Assembly (NCBI RefSeq): GCF_017348835.2
Contig: NZ_CP071375.1
Source: Escherichia coli
GTDB taxonomy: Bacteria; Pseudomonadota; Gammaproteobacteria; Enterobacterales; Enterobacteriaceae
DNA length: 64,000 nucleotides
Direction: 5' to 3' (one strand)
In this document: positions 27,062-38,719 of the stretch, in pieces
How the letters are laid out: every line of letters starts with the position of its first letter
How positions within the stretch are numbered: the first letter of the stretch is position 1
Program-made: the position numbers and the translations under genes
The notes under the pieces: model-generated
Told to the model about the DNA's origin: nothing
Databases searched by the model: none
What the model saw: only the letters and a program-made list of their open reading frames with translations

Positions 27062-29863
27062 ATGCAGAACAGCGCTTTGAAAGCCTGGTTGGACTCTTCT
27101 TACCTCTCTGGCGCAAACCAGAGCTGGATAGAACAGCTCTATGAAGACTTCTTAACCGATCCTGACTCGGTTGACGCTAACTGGCGTTCGACGTTCCAGC
27201 AGTTACCTGGTACGGGAGTCAAACCGGATCAATTCCACTCTCAAACGCGTGAATATTTCCGCCGCCTGGCGAAAGACGCTTCACGTTACTCTTCAACGAT
27301 CTCCGACCCTGACACCAATGTGAAGCAGGTTAAAGTCCTGCAGCTCATTAACGCATACCGCTTCCGTGGTCACCAGCATGCGAATCTCGATCCGCTGGGA
27401 CTGTGGCAGCAAGATAAAGTGGCCGATCTGGATCCGTCTTTCCACGATCTGACCGAAGCAGACTTCCAGGAGACCTTCAACGTCGGTTCATTTGCCAGCG
27501 GCAAAGAAACCATGAAACTCGGCGAGCTGCTGGAAGCCCTCAAGCAAACCTACTGCGGCCCGATTGGTGCCGAGTATATGCACATCACCAGCACCGAAGA
27601 AAAACGCTGGATCCAACAGCGTATCGAGTCTGGTCGCGCGACTTTCAATAGCGAAGAGAAAAAACGCTTCTTAAGCGAACTGACCGCCGCTGAAGGCCTT
27701 GAACGTTACCTCGGCGCAAAATTCCCTGGCGCAAAACGCTTCTCGCTGGAAGGCGGTGACGCGTTAATCCCGATGCTTAAAGAGATGATCCGCCACGCTG
27801 GCAACAGCGGCACCCGGGAAGTGGTTCTCGGGATGGCGCACCGTGGTCGTCTGAACGTGTTGGTGAACGTGCTGGGTAAAAAACCGCAAGACTTGTTCGA
27901 CGAGTTTGCCGGTAAACATAAAGAACACCTCGGCACGGGTGACGTGAAATACCACATGGGCTTCTCGTCTGACTTCCAGACCGATGGCGGCCTGGTGCAC
28001 CTGGCGCTGGCGTTTAACCCGTCTCACCTTGAGATTGTAAGCCCGGTAGTTATCGGCTCTGTTCGTGCCCGTCTGGACAGACTTGATGAGCCGAGCAGCA
28101 ACAAAGTGCTGCCAATCACCATCCACGGTGACGCCGCAGTGACCGGGCAGGGCGTGGTTCAGGAAACCCTGAACATGTCGAAAGCGCGTGGTTATGAAGT
28201 TGGCGGTACGGTACGTATCGTTATCAACAACCAGGTTGGTTTCACCACCTCTAATCCGCTGGATGCCCGTTCTACACCGTACTGTACTGATATCGGTAAG
28301 ATGGTTCAGGCACCGATTTTCCACGTTAACGCGGATGATCCGGAAGCCGTTGCCTTTGTGACCCGTCTGGCGCTCGATTTCCGTAACACCTTTAAACGTG
28401 ATGTCTTCATCGACCTGGTGTGCTACCGCCGTCACGGCCACAACGAAGCCGACGAGCCGAGCGCAACCCAGCCGCTGATGTATCAGAAAATCAAAAAACA
28501 TCCGACGCCGCGCAAAATCTACGCTGACAAGCTGGAGCAGGAAAAAGTGGCGACGCTGGAAGATGCCACCGAGATGGTTAACCTGTACCGCGATGCGCTG
28601 GATGCTGGCGATTGCGTGGTAGCAGAGTGGCGTCCGATGAACATGCACTCTTTCACCTGGTCGCCGTACCTCAACCACGAATGGGACGAAGAGTACCCGA
28701 ACAAAGTTGAGATGAAGCGCCTGCAGGAACTGGCTAAACGCATCAGCACGGTGCCGGAAGCAGTTGAAATGCAGTCTCGCGTTGCCAAGATTTATGGCGA
28801 TCGCCAGGCAATGGCTGCCGGTGAGAAACTGTTCGACTGGGGCGGCGCGGAAAACCTCGCTTACGCCACGCTGGTTGATGAAGGCATTCCGGTTCGCCTG
28901 TCGGGCGAAGACTCCGGTCGCGGTACCTTCTTCCACCGCCACGCGGTGATCCACAACCAGTCTAACGGTTCCACTTACACGCCGCTGCAACACATCCATA
29001 ACGGCCAGGGCGCGTTCCGTGTCTGGGACTCCGTACTGTCTGAAGAAGCAGTGCTGGCGTTTGAATACGGTTATGCCACCGCAGAACCACGCACTCTGAC
29101 TATCTGGGAAGCTCAGTTCGGTGACTTCGCCAACGGTGCGCAGGTGGTTATCGACCAGTTCATTTCCTCTGGCGAACAGAAATGGGGCCGGATGTGTGGT
29201 CTGGTGATGTTGCTGCCGCACGGTTATGAAGGGCAGGGGCCGGAGCACTCCTCCGCGCGTCTGGAACGTTATCTGCAACTTTGTGCTGAGCAAAACATGC
29301 AGGTGTGCGTACCGTCTACCCCGGCACAGGTTTACCACATGCTGCGTCGTCAGGCGCTGCGCGGGATGCGTCGTCCGCTGGTCGTGATGTCGCCGAAATC
29401 CCTGCTGCGTCATCCGCTGGCGGTTTCCAGCCTCGAAGAACTGGCGAACGGCACCTTCCTGCCAGCCATCGGTGAAATCGACGAGCTTGATCCGAAGGGC
29501 GTGAAGCGCGTAGTGATGTGTTCTGGTAAGGTTTATTACGACCTGCTGGAACAACGTCGTAAGAACAATCAACACGATGTCGCCATTGTGCGTATCGAGC
29601 AACTCTACCCGTTCCCGCATAAAGCGATGCAGGAAGTGTTGCAGCAGTTTGCTCACGTCAAGGATTTTGTCTGGTGCCAGGAAGAGCCGCTCAACCAGGG
29701 CGCATGGTACTGCAGCCAGCATCATTTCCGTGAAGTGATTCCGTTTGGGGCTTCTCTGCGTTATGCAGGCCGCCCGGCCTCCGCCTCTCCGGCGGTAGGG
29801 TATATGTCCGTTCACCAGAAACAGCAACAAGATCTGGTTAATGACGCGCTGAACGTCGAATAA
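27062..29863 (+). CDS. sucA: 2-oxoglutarate dehydrogenase E1 component
   Basis: 933-aa [41 protein letters not shown]... Confidence 0.97.
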   Translation: MQNSALKAWLDSSYLSGANQSWIEQLYEDFLTDPDSVDANWRSTFQQLPGTGVKPDQFHSQTREYFRRLAKDASRYSSTISDPDTNVKQVKVLQLINAYRFRGHQHANLDPLGLWQQDKVADLDPSFHDLTEADFQETFNVGSFASGKETMKLGELLEALKQTYCGPIGAEYMHITSTEEKRWIQQRIESGRATFNSEEKKRFLSELTAAEGLERYLGAKFPGAKRFSLEGGDALIPMLKEMIRHAGNSGTREVVLGMAHRGRLNVLVNVLGKKPQDLFDEFAGKHKEHLGTGDVKYHMGFSSDFQTDGGLVHLALAFNPSHLEIVSPVVIGSVRARLDRLDEPSSNKVLPITIHGDAAVTGQGVVQETLNMSKARGYEVGGTVRIVINNQVGFTTSNPLDARSTPYCTDIGKMVQAPIFHVNADDPEAVAFVTRLALDFRNTFKRDVFIDLVCYRRHGHNEADEPSATQPLMYQKIKKHPTPRKIYADKLEQEKVATLEDATEMVNLYRDALDAGDCVVAEWRPMNMHSFTWSPYLNHEWDEEYPNKVEMKRLQELAKRISTVPEAVEMQSRVAKIYGDRQAMAAGEKLFDWGGAENLAYATLVDEGIPVRLSGEDSGRGTFFHRHAVIHNQSNGSTYTPLQHIHNGQGAFRVWDSVLSEEAVLAFEYGYATAEPRTLTIWEAQFGDFANGAQVVIDQFISSGEQKWGRMCGLVMLLPHGYEGQGPEHSSARLERYLQLCAEQNMQVCVPSTPAQVYHMLRRQALRGMRRPLVVMSPKSLLRHPLAVSSLEELANGTFLPAIGEIDELDPKGVKRVVMCSGKVYYDLLEQRRKNNQHDVAIVRIEQLYPFPHKAMQEVLQQFAHVKDFVWCQEEPLNQGAWYCSQHHFREVIPFGASLRYAGRPASASPAVGYMSVHQKQQQDLVNDALNVE

Positions 29864-29877
29864 ATAAAGGATACACA

Positions 29878-31095
29878 ATGAGTAGCGTAGATATTCTGGT
29901 CCCTGACCTGCCTGAATCCGTAGCCGATGCCACCGTCGCAACCTGGCATAAAAAACCCGGCGACGCAGTCGTACGTGATGAAGTGCTGGTAGAAATCGAA
30001 ACTGACAAAGTGGTACTGGAAGTACCGGCATCAGCAGACGGCATTCTGGATGCGGTTCTGGAAGATGAAGGTACAACGGTAACGTCTCGTCAGATCCTCG
30101 GTCGCCTGCGTGAAGGCAACAGCGCCGGTAAAGAAACCAGCGCCAAATCTGAAGAGAAAGCGTCCACTCCGGCGCAACGCCAGCAGGCGTCTCTGGAAGA
30201 GCAAAACAACGATGCGTTAAGCCCGGCGATCCGTCGCCTGCTGGCTGAACACAACCTCGACGCCAGCGCCATTAAAGGCACCGGTGTGGGTGGTCGTCTG
30301 ACTCGTGAAGATGTGGAAAAACATCTGGCGAAAGCCCCGGCGAAAGAGTCTGCTCCGGCAGCGGCTGCTCCGGCGGCGCAACCGGCTCTGGCTGCACGTA
30401 GCGAAAAACGTGTCCCGATGACTCGCCTGCGTAAGCGTGTGGCAGAGCGTCTGCTGGAAGCGAAAAACTCCACCGCCATGCTGACCACGTTCAACGAAGT
30501 CAACATGAAGCCGATTATGGATCTGCGTAAGCAGTACGGTGAAGCGTTTGAAAAACGCCACGGCATCCGTCTGGGCTTTATGTCCTTCTACGTGAAAGCG
30601 GTGGTTGAAGCCCTGAAACGTTACCCGGAAGTGAATGCTTCTATCGACGGCGATGATGTGGTTTACCACAACTATTTCGACGTCAGCATGGCGGTTTCTA
30701 CGCCGCGTGGCCTGGTGACGCCGGTACTGCGTGATGTCGATACCCTCGGCATGGCAGACATCGAGAAGAAAATCAAAGAGCTGGCAGTTAAAGGCCGTGA
30801 CGGCAAGCTGACGGTTGAAGATCTGACCGGTGGTAACTTCACCATCACCAACGGTGGTGTGTTCGGTTCCCTGATGTCTACGCCGATCATCAACCCGCCG
30901 CAGAGCGCAATCCTGGGTATGCACGCTATCAAAGATCGTCCGATGGCGGTGAATGGTCAGGTTGAGATCCTGCCGATGATGTACCTGGCGCTGTCCTACG
31001 ATCACCGTCTGATCGATGGTCGCGAATCCGTGGGCTTCCTGGTAACGATCAAAGAGTTGCTGGAAGATCCGACGCGTCTGCTGCTGGACGTGTAG
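29878..31095 (+). CDS. sucB: Dihydrolipoyllysine-residue succinyltransferase (E2 of 2-oxoglutarate dehydrogenase)
   Basis: 405-aa ORF with N-terminal lipoyl domain ([11 protein letters not shown]) and C-terminal catalytic motif (DHRLIDG). Confidence 0.97.
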
Positions 31096-31111
31096 TAGTT
31101 TAAGTTTCACC

Positions 31112-31287
31112 TGCACTGTAGACCGGATAAGACATTATCGCCTTCTCCGGCAATTGAAGCCTGATGCGACGCTTAACGCGTCTTATCAGGCCTACGGGAA
31201 GCACCGATGTAGGTCGGATAAGGCGCTCGCGCCGCATCCGACAAGCGATGCCAGATGCGACGCTTACACGTCTTATCAGGCCTACGG
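31112..31287. repeat. REP/BIME cluster between sucB and sucC
   Basis: Several copies of gcctgatgcgacgc...gtcttatcaggcctac and gtaggtcggataaggcgctcgcgccgcatccgac type palindromes. Confidence 0.85.
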
Positions 31288-31370
31288 GTGACCGACAATA
31301 CCCGGAAGCGATACGAAATATTCGGTCTACGGTTTAAAAGATAACGATTACTGAAGGATGGACAGAACAC

Positions 31371-32537
31371 ATGAACTTACATGAATATCAGGCAAAACAA
31401 CTGTTTGCCCGCTATGGCTTACCAGCACCGGTGGGTTATGCCTGTACTACTCCGCGCGAAGCAGAAGAAGCCGCTTCAAAAATCGGTGCCGGTCCGTGGG
31501 TAGTGAAATGTCAGGTTCACGCTGGTGGCCGCGGTAAAGCGGGCGGTGTGAAAGTTGTAAACAGCAAAGAAGACATCCGTGCTTTTGCAGAAAACTGGCT
31601 GGGCAAGCGTCTGGTAACGTATCAAACAGATGCCAATGGCCAACCGGTTAACCAGATTCTGGTTGAAGCGGCGACCGATATCGCTAAAGAGCTGTATCTC
31701 GGTGCCGTTGTTGACCGTAGTTCACGTCGCGTGGTCTTTATGGCCTCTACCGAAGGCGGCGTGGAAATCGAAAAAGTGGCGGAAGAAACTCCGCACCTGA
31801 TCCACAAAGTTGCGCTTGATCCGCTGACTGGCCCGATGCCGTATCAGGGACGCGAGCTGGCGTTCAAACTGGGTCTGGAAGGTAAACTGGTTCAGCAGTT
31901 CACCAAAATCTTCATGGGCCTGGCGACCATTTTCCTGGAGCGCGACCTGGCGCTGATCGAAATCAACCCGCTGGTCATCACCAAACAGGGTGATCTGATT
32001 TGCCTCGACGGCAAACTGGGCGCTGATGGCAACGCCCTGTTCCGCCAGCCTGATCTGCGCGAAATGCGTGACCAGTCGCAGGAAGATCCACGTGAAGCAC
32101 AGGCTGCACAGTGGGAACTGAACTACGTTGCGCTGGACGGTAACATCGGTTGTATGGTTAACGGCGCAGGTCTGGCGATGGGTACGATGGACATCGTTAA
32201 ACTGCACGGCGGAGAACCGGCTAACTTCCTGGACGTTGGCGGCGGCGCAACCAAAGAACGTGTAACCGAAGCGTTCAAAATCATCCTCTCTGACGACAAA
32301 GTGAAAGCCGTTCTGGTTAACATCTTCGGCGGTATCGTTCGTTGCGACCTGATCGCTGACGGTATCATCGGCGCGGTAGCGGAAGTGGGTGTTAACGTAC
32401 CGGTCGTGGTACGTCTGGAAGGTAACAACGCCGAACTCGGCGCGAAGAAACTGGCTGACAGCGGCCTGAATATTATTGCAGCAAAAGGTCTGACGGATGC
32501 AGCTCAGCAGGTTGTTGCCGCAGTGGAGGGGAAATAA
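31371..32537 (+). CDS. sucC: Succinyl-CoA synthetase beta subunit
   Basis: 388-aa [42 protein letters not shown]... Confidence 0.97.
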
Positions 32538-33406
32538 TGTCCATTTTAATTGATAAAAACACCAAGGTTATCTGCCAGGGCTTTACCGGTAGCCAGGGGA
32601 CTTTCCACTCAGAACAGGCCATTGCATACGGCACTAAAATGGTTGGTGGCGTAACTCCAGGTAAAGGCGGCACTACCCACCTCGGCCTGCCGGTGTTCAA
32701 CACCGTGCGTGAAGCTGTTGCTGCTACTGGTGCTACCGCGTCTGTTATCTACGTACCAGCACCGTTCTGCAAAGACTCCATTCTGGAAGCCATCGACGCA
32801 GGCATCAAACTGATTATCACCATCACTGAAGGTATCCCGACGCTGGATATGCTGACCGTGAAAGTGAAACTGGACGAAGCAGGCGTTCGTATGATCGGCC
32901 CGAACTGCCCAGGCGTTATCACCCCGGGTGAATGCAAAATCGGTATCCAGCCGGGTCACATTCACAAACCGGGTAAAGTGGGTATCGTTTCCCGTTCCGG
33001 TACACTGACCTATGAAGCGGTTAAACAGACCACGGATTACGGTTTCGGTCAGTCGACCTGTGTCGGTATCGGCGGTGACCCGATCCCTGGCTCTAACTTT
33101 ATCGACATTCTCGAAATGTTCGAAAAAGATCCGCAGACCGAAGCGATCGTGATGATCGGTGAGATCGGCGGTAGCGCAGAAGAAGAAGCTGCTGCGTACA
33201 TCAAAGAGCACGTTACCAAGCCAGTTGTAGGTTACATCGCTGGTGTGACTGCGCCGAAAGGCAAACGTATGGGCCACGCGGGTGCCATCATTGCCGGTGG
33301 GAAAGGGACTGCGGATGAGAAATTCGCTGCTCTGGAAGCCGCAGGCGTGAAAACCGTTCGCAGCCTGGCGGATATCGGTGAAGCACTGAAAACTGTTCTG
33401 AAATAA
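32537..33406 (+). CDS. sucD: Succinyl-CoA synthetase alpha subunit
   Basis: 289-aa [42 protein letters not shown]... Confidence 0.97.
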
Positions 33407-33508
33407 ATATCTGTAATAAGAAATAGCCCTCGCCGCTTCCCTCTACAGGAATGGCGAAGGGCTGTCGGTTTCGACATGGTTGGCCATCGTATGATGGCCT
33501 TTTTTATG
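33407..33508 (+). ncRNA. sdhX: 3'-UTR-derived small RNA SdhX (RybD) ending at the operon terminator
   Basis: Segment directly after the sucD stop with hairpin agccctcgcc...ggcgaagggct and terminator hairpin ggccatcgtatgatggcc + TTTTTT; matches my recollection of the sRNA made from the sdh-suc 3' UTR. Confidence 0.55.
33482..33508 (+). terminator. Rho-independent terminator of the sdhCDAB-sucABCD transcript
   Basis: ggccatcgtatgatggcc stem-loop followed by TTTTTT. Confidence 0.85.
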
Positions 33509-34072
33509 CCTTAAACGGTTAACCACGGTCGAAATCTGACTGCAGGCTTGACTGCATGACCACAGCCACTGTGGATTGTCGCAACCGACCGCAAGCCACG
33601 AATAAGAACGACGGCGAATTTCGAATCGTTACCTGATGCACTGGCTTCCCAGCGTTTGACCGTAGCGTTAAGTAAATCAACAAAAGCGATGTTCACCGCT
33701 TTTCGTCAAGTCGTGCCATTTGTCAGCCAGGATCGGGTCTTTACCCCGGATATTGCAGCATCGCAAAAATTCTTAGAGGGATATGCTATAAATCAAAAAT
33801 AAAATCTTTGTTGATTGTTTATCATAATATCCACAGATATGATAAATGATATCAATTTAATAATTTTCACTTAATGTGATTCCGGATAATTCGAAAGGCG
33901 CTGTGCTTTTCGGATTATTATTATCTGATTAAGATATTTGTCACGCCAGGCTTACTGGTTTATAAATGTCAATCATGATTCTTATAAATTATTTATTGCT
34001 GCTTTGGTTACCATTACTTCGTAATAAGTAATGTATTTTTGATTGTTTAAACTATTTTTAAGGGACGGCATT

Positions 34073-34978
34073 ATGCGAGGGAAAATACCTAAAACGGAAC
34101 TGCTGGTGACTTTTGAGGTCGTCGCACGTCATGAAAGTTATACCAGAGCGGCAGAGGAGTTAGCGTTAACCCAAAGTGCAGTATTCAGACAAGTAAGTGC
34201 GCTGGAGGAATTTTTACGTACTCCGTTATTTTCACACTCTAAAAAACGTATTTTTCTTAATGATGCAGGGAAGTATTACCTGGGGATAGTAAAAGAAACA
34301 TTAAATAAGCTGGAACGCGATACCAATACCATTATGACCTGGCAGCCTACGGTTCAGGTTATTGAACTTGCCGTTAATCCTACTTTTAGTACCCACTGGT
34401 TAATCCCAAATTTACATGAATTCACAAAGTTACATCCCGATATTATTGTTAATATTCATTCTTTAGCTAATAACGGCGATTTTCTTAATCGGGAGTACGA
34501 TGCTGTCATTATGCGCGAAAATTTTTGCGCGCCCTGGGCGGAAGTAGAATATCTCTTTGATGAGGAGATTTTGCCGGTATGCAGCGGCAGTTTGCTTGCA
34601 ATGTCCGATCAAAAACTGTCAGTGGCAGAACTGCTTACTGAGTTACCGCTTCTGCATCAAAGCACCCGTATTACTGGCTGGGAAGAGTGGTTTGCTTTAT
34701 CTGGCGTTAGCAGTCCGCTGGTCAATAACGGACCACGTTTCGATTTGCTATCAATGCTGATTGCCGCCGTGCGCTCTAATCTCGGCGTGGCGCTGTTACC
34801 ACGTTTCGCTATTCAACATGATTTGGATAGTGGCGATATGGTGATCCCCTGTGATGTGCCTATTCGTACCGGTAATCGTTTTATTATGACGTGGCAGGAA
34901 GAGAAGTCTGACTCACCGCACTTGCAGCAATTTCGTGAATGGTTGCTGGTGAAATCGGTCGTACCGCAGGAGATGTAA
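34073..34978 (+). CDS. LysR-type transcriptional regulator (candidate regulator of the adjacent operon)
   Basis: ORF 34043..34978; ATG at 34073 with AGGGA RBS; N-terminal HTH (ELLVTFEVVARHESYTRAAEELALTQSAVFRQVSALEEFL) typical of LysR regulators plus a C-terminal substrate-binding domain. Confidence 0.85.
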   Translation: MRGKIPKTELLVTFEVVARHESYTRAAEELALTQSAVFRQVSALEEFLRTPLFSHSKKRIFLNDAGKYYLGIVKETLNKLERDTNTIMTWQPTVQVIELAVNPTFSTHWLIPNLHEFTKLHPDIIVNIHSLANNGDFLNREYDAVIMRENFCAPWAEVEYLFDEEILPVCSGSLLAMSDQKLSVAELLTELPLLHQSTRITGWEEWFALSGVSSPLVNNGPRFDLLSMLIAAVRSNLGVALLPRFAIQHDLDSGDMVIPCDVPIRTGNRFIMTWQEEKSDSPHLQQFREWLLVKSVVPQEM

Positions 34979-34981
34979 AAC

Positions 34982-35008
34982 CTGCGCCTGGCGGGATGCC
35001 AGGCGCAG
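34982..35008. terminator. Bidirectional hairpin terminator between the convergent LysR gene and adenosyltransferase gene
   Basis: ctgcgcctgg-cgggatg-ccaggcgcag perfect 10-bp stem flanked by T-rich sequence on both strands. Confidence 0.7.
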
Positions 35009-35011
35009 TTA

Positions 35012-35614
35012 TTACCAGTCGATACCCGGCTGGGCCTGAATGCCGTTATCAAAAGCATGTTTGACGGGGCGGATTTCGCTTACCGTATCCGCCATTTTTA
35101 ATATCTGACTGTGGCAACCGCGTCCGGTGACAATGACACTTTGTTGTGCCGGGCGGTTTTGCAGAGAAGCGATCACTTCTTCGGTATCCAAATAATGGTA
35201 AGCCAGCATATAGGTCAGCTCATCAAGCACCACTAAGTCGTAACGCTTGTCAGCCAGCATCCGTTTGCTTTCCGACCAGACCTCTTTCGCCGCGTCGATA
35301 TCCGCTTGCCGGTTCTGTGTCTCCCAGGTAAAACCAGTTCCCATAATATGAAACTCAACCCCCAGCGGCTGGAGAAGGTTGTATTCGCCGTTGTCCCATT
35401 GCCCCTTGATGTACTGCGCAACCCCCACCGTTTTGCCATGACCCACCGCGCGCGTCACAGTACCAAACGCGGCAGTGGATTTCCCTTTGCCGTTGCCGGT
35501 GAAAACAATCAAGATCCCTTTTTTCTCTATCGCCGCTGCGACGCGCGTATCGACCTGTTCCTTCAATTTCTGTTGGCGCTGCACATGCCGTTCAGTTGAA
35601 ATTCGCGCTTCCAT
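35012..35614 (-). CDS. ATP:cob(I)alamin adenosyltransferase (BtuR/CobO/CobA family) paralogue
   Basis: 200-aa ORF MEARISTERHVQRQQKLKEQVDTRVAAAIEKKGILIVFTGNGKGKSTAAFG... closely parallels E. coli BtuR (IIIVFTGNGKGKTTAAFG P-loop, RPVKHAFD); last gene of the operon. Confidence 0.85.
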   Translation of the reverse strand: MEARISTERHVQRQQKLKEQVDTRVAAAIEKKGILIVFTGNGKGKSTAAFGTVTRAVGHGKTVGVAQYIKGQWDNGEYNLLQPLGVEFHIMGTGFTWETQNRQADIDAAKEVWSESKRMLADKRYDLVVLDELTYMLAYHYLDTEEVIASLQNRPAQQSVIVTGRGCHSQILKMADTVSEIRPVKHAFDNGIQAQPGIDW

Positions 35615-35623
35615 TCATTTTCC

Positions 35624-37276
35624 TTAATGTCCCGCAGGGCAACTGGCGCAGCGATGTTGCTGCTCAAACTGACTAAAGAAATTATTGCCTTTATCATCTA
35701 CCAGGATGAATGCGGGCAGATTTTCCACTTCCATCATCCACACCGCTTCCATACCCAGCTCCGGATATTCCAGGCAACGCAGACTTTTGACATATTCTTG
35801 CGCCAGTAACGCAGCTGCACCGCCAATACTTCCCAGATTGAAGCCGCCATGTTTGTGACAGGCATCGGTGACCTGCTGGCTGCGGTTACCTTTCGATAAC
35901 ATCACCAGACTGCCGCCAGCCGCCTGGAAGGTATCGATATAACGGTCCATTCGACCGCCCGTGGTTGGACCCAGTGAACCGCAGGCCATGTTCTCCGGTG
36001 TTTTCGCCGGGCCAGCGTAATAGACAATATGATGCTTCAGGTACTCCGGCATCGATTCGCCGCTATCCAGCCGCGCTTTTATTTTGGCGTGGGCGATATC
36101 GCGCGCCACTACGATGGGACCACTTAACGACACGCGGGTGCCTACCGGTAATCTGGCGAGATCCAGCATCACGTCACGCAACGGACGGTTTAGATCCAGT
36201 TGTACATGTTGCGCGTGATTTTCTTCCCGCAATGAGGCTGGAATATATTGCCCCGGATTGTGTTCGAGTTTTTCCAGCCAGATACCGTGTTTGTTAATTT
36301 TTGCTTTGATATTGCGATCGGCAGAACAGGAGAGCGCCATAGCTATCGGGCAAGAGCCACCGTGACGCGGCAGACGAATGACGCGAATATCATGAGCGAA
36401 ATATTTCCCCCCAAATTGTGCACCAATACCAAATTGCTGACTGGCCTCGAGCAACACTTTTTCCAGCTCAATATCACGGAATGCTTGTCCCTGCTCGTTT
36501 CCGCTGGTGGGCAAATTGTCGTAATATTTCGTTGAGGCCAGCTTGGCAACTTTTAAGGTTTGATCGGCTGAAAGCCCTCCGACGGCAAAGGCGATGTGGT
36601 AAGGCGGGCAGGCAGCGGTGCCCAGCGATTTCATTTTTTCGATTAAAAATGCGGTCAGTTTTTCTGGTTGCAATAAGGATTTGGTTTCCTGATAAAGCGC
36701 GGCTTTATTGGCAGAGCCGCCTCCTTTATTAACACAGAGGAAATGGTACTCATCACCAGCGACAGCGCTGATATCAATCTGCGCCGGGAGATTGGTTTGC
36801 GTATTGACTTCGGTATACATATCCAGCGGCGCATTTTGTGAAAAGCGCAGATTATTTTCCTGGAAAGTACTGTAAATGCCTTTACTTAAGGCTTCGGCGT
36901 CGTTACTTCCGGTCCATATCTGTTGCCCTTTACTGGCAACAATAGTTGCGGTGCCGGTATCCTGACAGTTGGGTAATACCCCTTTTGCTGAGACTTCAGC
37001 ATTACGTAATAACTGCAACGCAACGTATTTATCATTACTACTGGCCTGCTGATCGTTAAGAATGCTGGCGACCTGTTGCAAATGAGTGGAACGTAAGAAA
37101 AAAGAGGCTTCATAAAATGCCTGCCGGGCAAGCAGCGTTAATGCTTCAGGAGTGATTTTTATCACTTCTTCGCCGTCTAATTCCGTTACTGTAATATGTT
37201 GATCGCTAATTAATGTATATTCTGTACCGTCTTTATTTTGTAGAAACGGTTCTTGCCAGATAAATGGTTTGGACAT
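35624..37276 (-). CDS. fumD: Class I fumarate hydratase paralogue; probable mesaconase (2-methylfumarate hydratase)
   Basis: 550-aa ORF collinear with FumA/FumB ([45 protein letters not shown]); mesaconase role inferred from operon context. The fumD symbol is from memory of an O157:H7 report. Confidence 0.8.
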   Translation of the reverse strand: MSKPFIWQEPFLQNKDGTEYTLISDQHITVTELDGEEVIKITPEALTLLARQAFYEASFFLRSTHLQQVASILNDQQASSNDKYVALQLLRNAEVSAKGVLPNCQDTGTATIVASKGQQIWTGSNDAEALSKGIYSTFQENNLRFSQNAPLDMYTEVNTQTNLPAQIDISAVAGDEYHFLCVNKGGGSANKAALYQETKSLLQPEKLTAFLIEKMKSLGTAACPPYHIAFAVGGLSADQTLKVAKLASTKYYDNLPTSGNEQGQAFRDIELEKVLLEASQQFGIGAQFGGKYFAHDIRVIRLPRHGGSCPIAMALSCSADRNIKAKINKHGIWLEKLEHNPGQYIPASLREENHAQHVQLDLNRPLRDVMLDLARLPVGTRVSLSGPIVVARDIAHAKIKARLDSGESMPEYLKHHIVYYAGPAKTPENMACGSLGPTTGGRMDRYIDTFQAAGGSLVMLSKGNRSQQVTDACHKHGGFNLGSIGGAAALLAQEYVKSLRCLEYPELGMEAVWMMEVENLPAFILVDDKGNNFFSQFEQQHRCASCPAGH

Positions 37277-37383
37277 ATTTCACTTTTCACCTTAAACGTT
37301 AGTGTTACTTAATTGCCGTCTAACTTCATGATCCGGCTTATAAAAATGCGTAGTCATTGGCTTCAGATTGCTTAAGAGCCCCC

Positions 37384-38664
37384 TCAGGGCAGAGCAACGT
37401 TCGATTCATTGGTTTTTAATGCTTTACCCCGACAGCCCTCGCCGAAATGTTCGCCTTCCCACCGACTCACCATCGCAGCGCCCATTGCGTTACTCATGAC
37501 GTTTGTCGCGGAACGCCCCATATCAAGGAACGGATCAACGCCCATCAGCAAGATCAGCCCCGCTTCCGGAATATTGAACTGGTTGAGCGTGGCGGCGATA
37601 ACCACCATTGAGGCGCGTGGTACGCCAGCCATTCCTTTCGAGGTCAACATCAGGATCAACAGCATGGTGATTTGCTCACCGATGGATAAATGGATATTGC
37701 AGGCCTGGGCGATGAAAACTGTGGCGAAGGAGCAGTAGGCCATTGATCCAACGAGATTAAATGAGTAGCCAATGGGTAAGACAAAGCTGGCAATTTTGGG
37801 GGAAACGCCAAATTGCTCCAGTTTTTCAAGCGTTCCCGGAAAAGCCGCTTCAGAACTGGATGTGGTAAATGCCAACAGGGCGGGTTCCGAAAGGGCGCGG
37901 GTCAGGCGTCTGATGCAGGGGCCGACATAAACGATGGCCAGACCGATAAGCAGCACCCAAAGTAATAACATGGTGAAATAAAATTCACCCATAAAGATCC
38001 CGGCGCTCACCATAACGGCCAGTCCTCGTTCAGCAATCAATGCTGAAATAGCGGCGAATACGGTCAGGGGAGCGAAGAGCATGACGTAGCCAGTGAGCTT
38101 TAACATGGCATGTGCCAGCGAATCTAAGGCGTGAACGATGGCGCTGCCTTTCTCGCCAATCGCCGTCAGGCTACAGCCGAGGAAAATTGAGAACACCACG
38201 ATTTGCAAAATTTCATTGTGCGCCATGGCATCGACAATGCTGGTGGGGAAAGCATGCGAAATAAATACTTTTAGCGTAAAGGGTTCTGCCGCGACCACTC
38301 CGGTGGTTTCGGCACCGTGTGCAACAAAATTAATTCCTGTACCTGGCATGAAGAAATTTACCGTTATCAAGCCTAAGGCAATTGACAGCAATGAGGCGCA
38401 AATAAATAAAAAGAGTGTTTTAGAAAAAATACGACCAAGGGCTTTAGCATCGCCCATTTTAGCAATACCTACCACCAGGGTAGAAACCACTAACGGAGCG
38501 ATAATCATTTTTATCAGTCGTAAGAAAATCGTCGTGAATATCGATATTTCTTGCGCATAGAGTTTTGCTGTTTCCGGTGAAGCAGTGTTATTGAGCACTA
38601 CGCCGATAATCATTCCAAGTACCAGCGCCAAAAGAATCATCGTGGTTAAACTTATTTTCTTCAT
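37384..38664 (-). CDS. Dicarboxylate/amino acid:cation symporter (DAACS, GltP/DctA-like)
   Basis: ORF 37384..38685; start MKKISLTTMILLALVLGMIIG preceded by GGAGG RBS; multi-pass membrane protein of the DAACS family. Confidence 0.8.
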   Translation of the reverse strand: MKKISLTTMILLALVLGMIIGVVLNNTASPETAKLYAQEISIFTTIFLRLIKMIIAPLVVSTLVVGIAKMGDAKALGRIFSKTLFLFICASLLSIALGLITVNFFMPGTGINFVAHGAETTGVVAAEPFTLKVFISHAFPTSIVDAMAHNEILQIVVFSIFLGCSLTAIGEKGSAIVHALDSLAHAMLKLTGYVMLFAPLTVFAAISALIAERGLAVMVSAGIFMGEFYFTMLLLWVLLIGLAIVYVGPCIRRLTRALSEPALLAFTTSSSEAAFPGTLEKLEQFGVSPKIASFVLPIGYSFNLVGSMAYCSFATVFIAQACNIHLSIGEQITMLLILMLTSKGMAGVPRASMVVIAATLNQFNIPEAGLILLMGVDPFLDMGRSATNVMSNAMGAAMVSRWEGEHFGEGCRGKALKTNESNVALP

Positions 38665-38719
38665 TTTTTCCTCCATCAGGTGCACGGCGATAAATCAGAA
38701 TCAGGAGAAGTAGATGCCT

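Noticed and set aside
27764-30076. 770-aa minus-strand ORF antisense to sucA/sucB
   Set aside because: Antisense to two highly conserved genes, Arg/His-rich low-complexity translation; shadow ORF.
33511-33696. 61-aa minus-strand ORF just downstream of the sdh-suc terminator
   Set aside because: Short, no convincing RBS and no recognisable family; kept only as a possible junction remnant in the findings, not called as a gene.
34043-34072. TTG start at 34043 for the LysR regulator (as in the ORF track), giving an extra 10 residues MFKLFLRDGI
   Set aside because: The ATG at 34073 has a properly spaced AGGGA RBS and places the HTH at the usual distance from the N-terminus; the upstream TTG was judged less likely.
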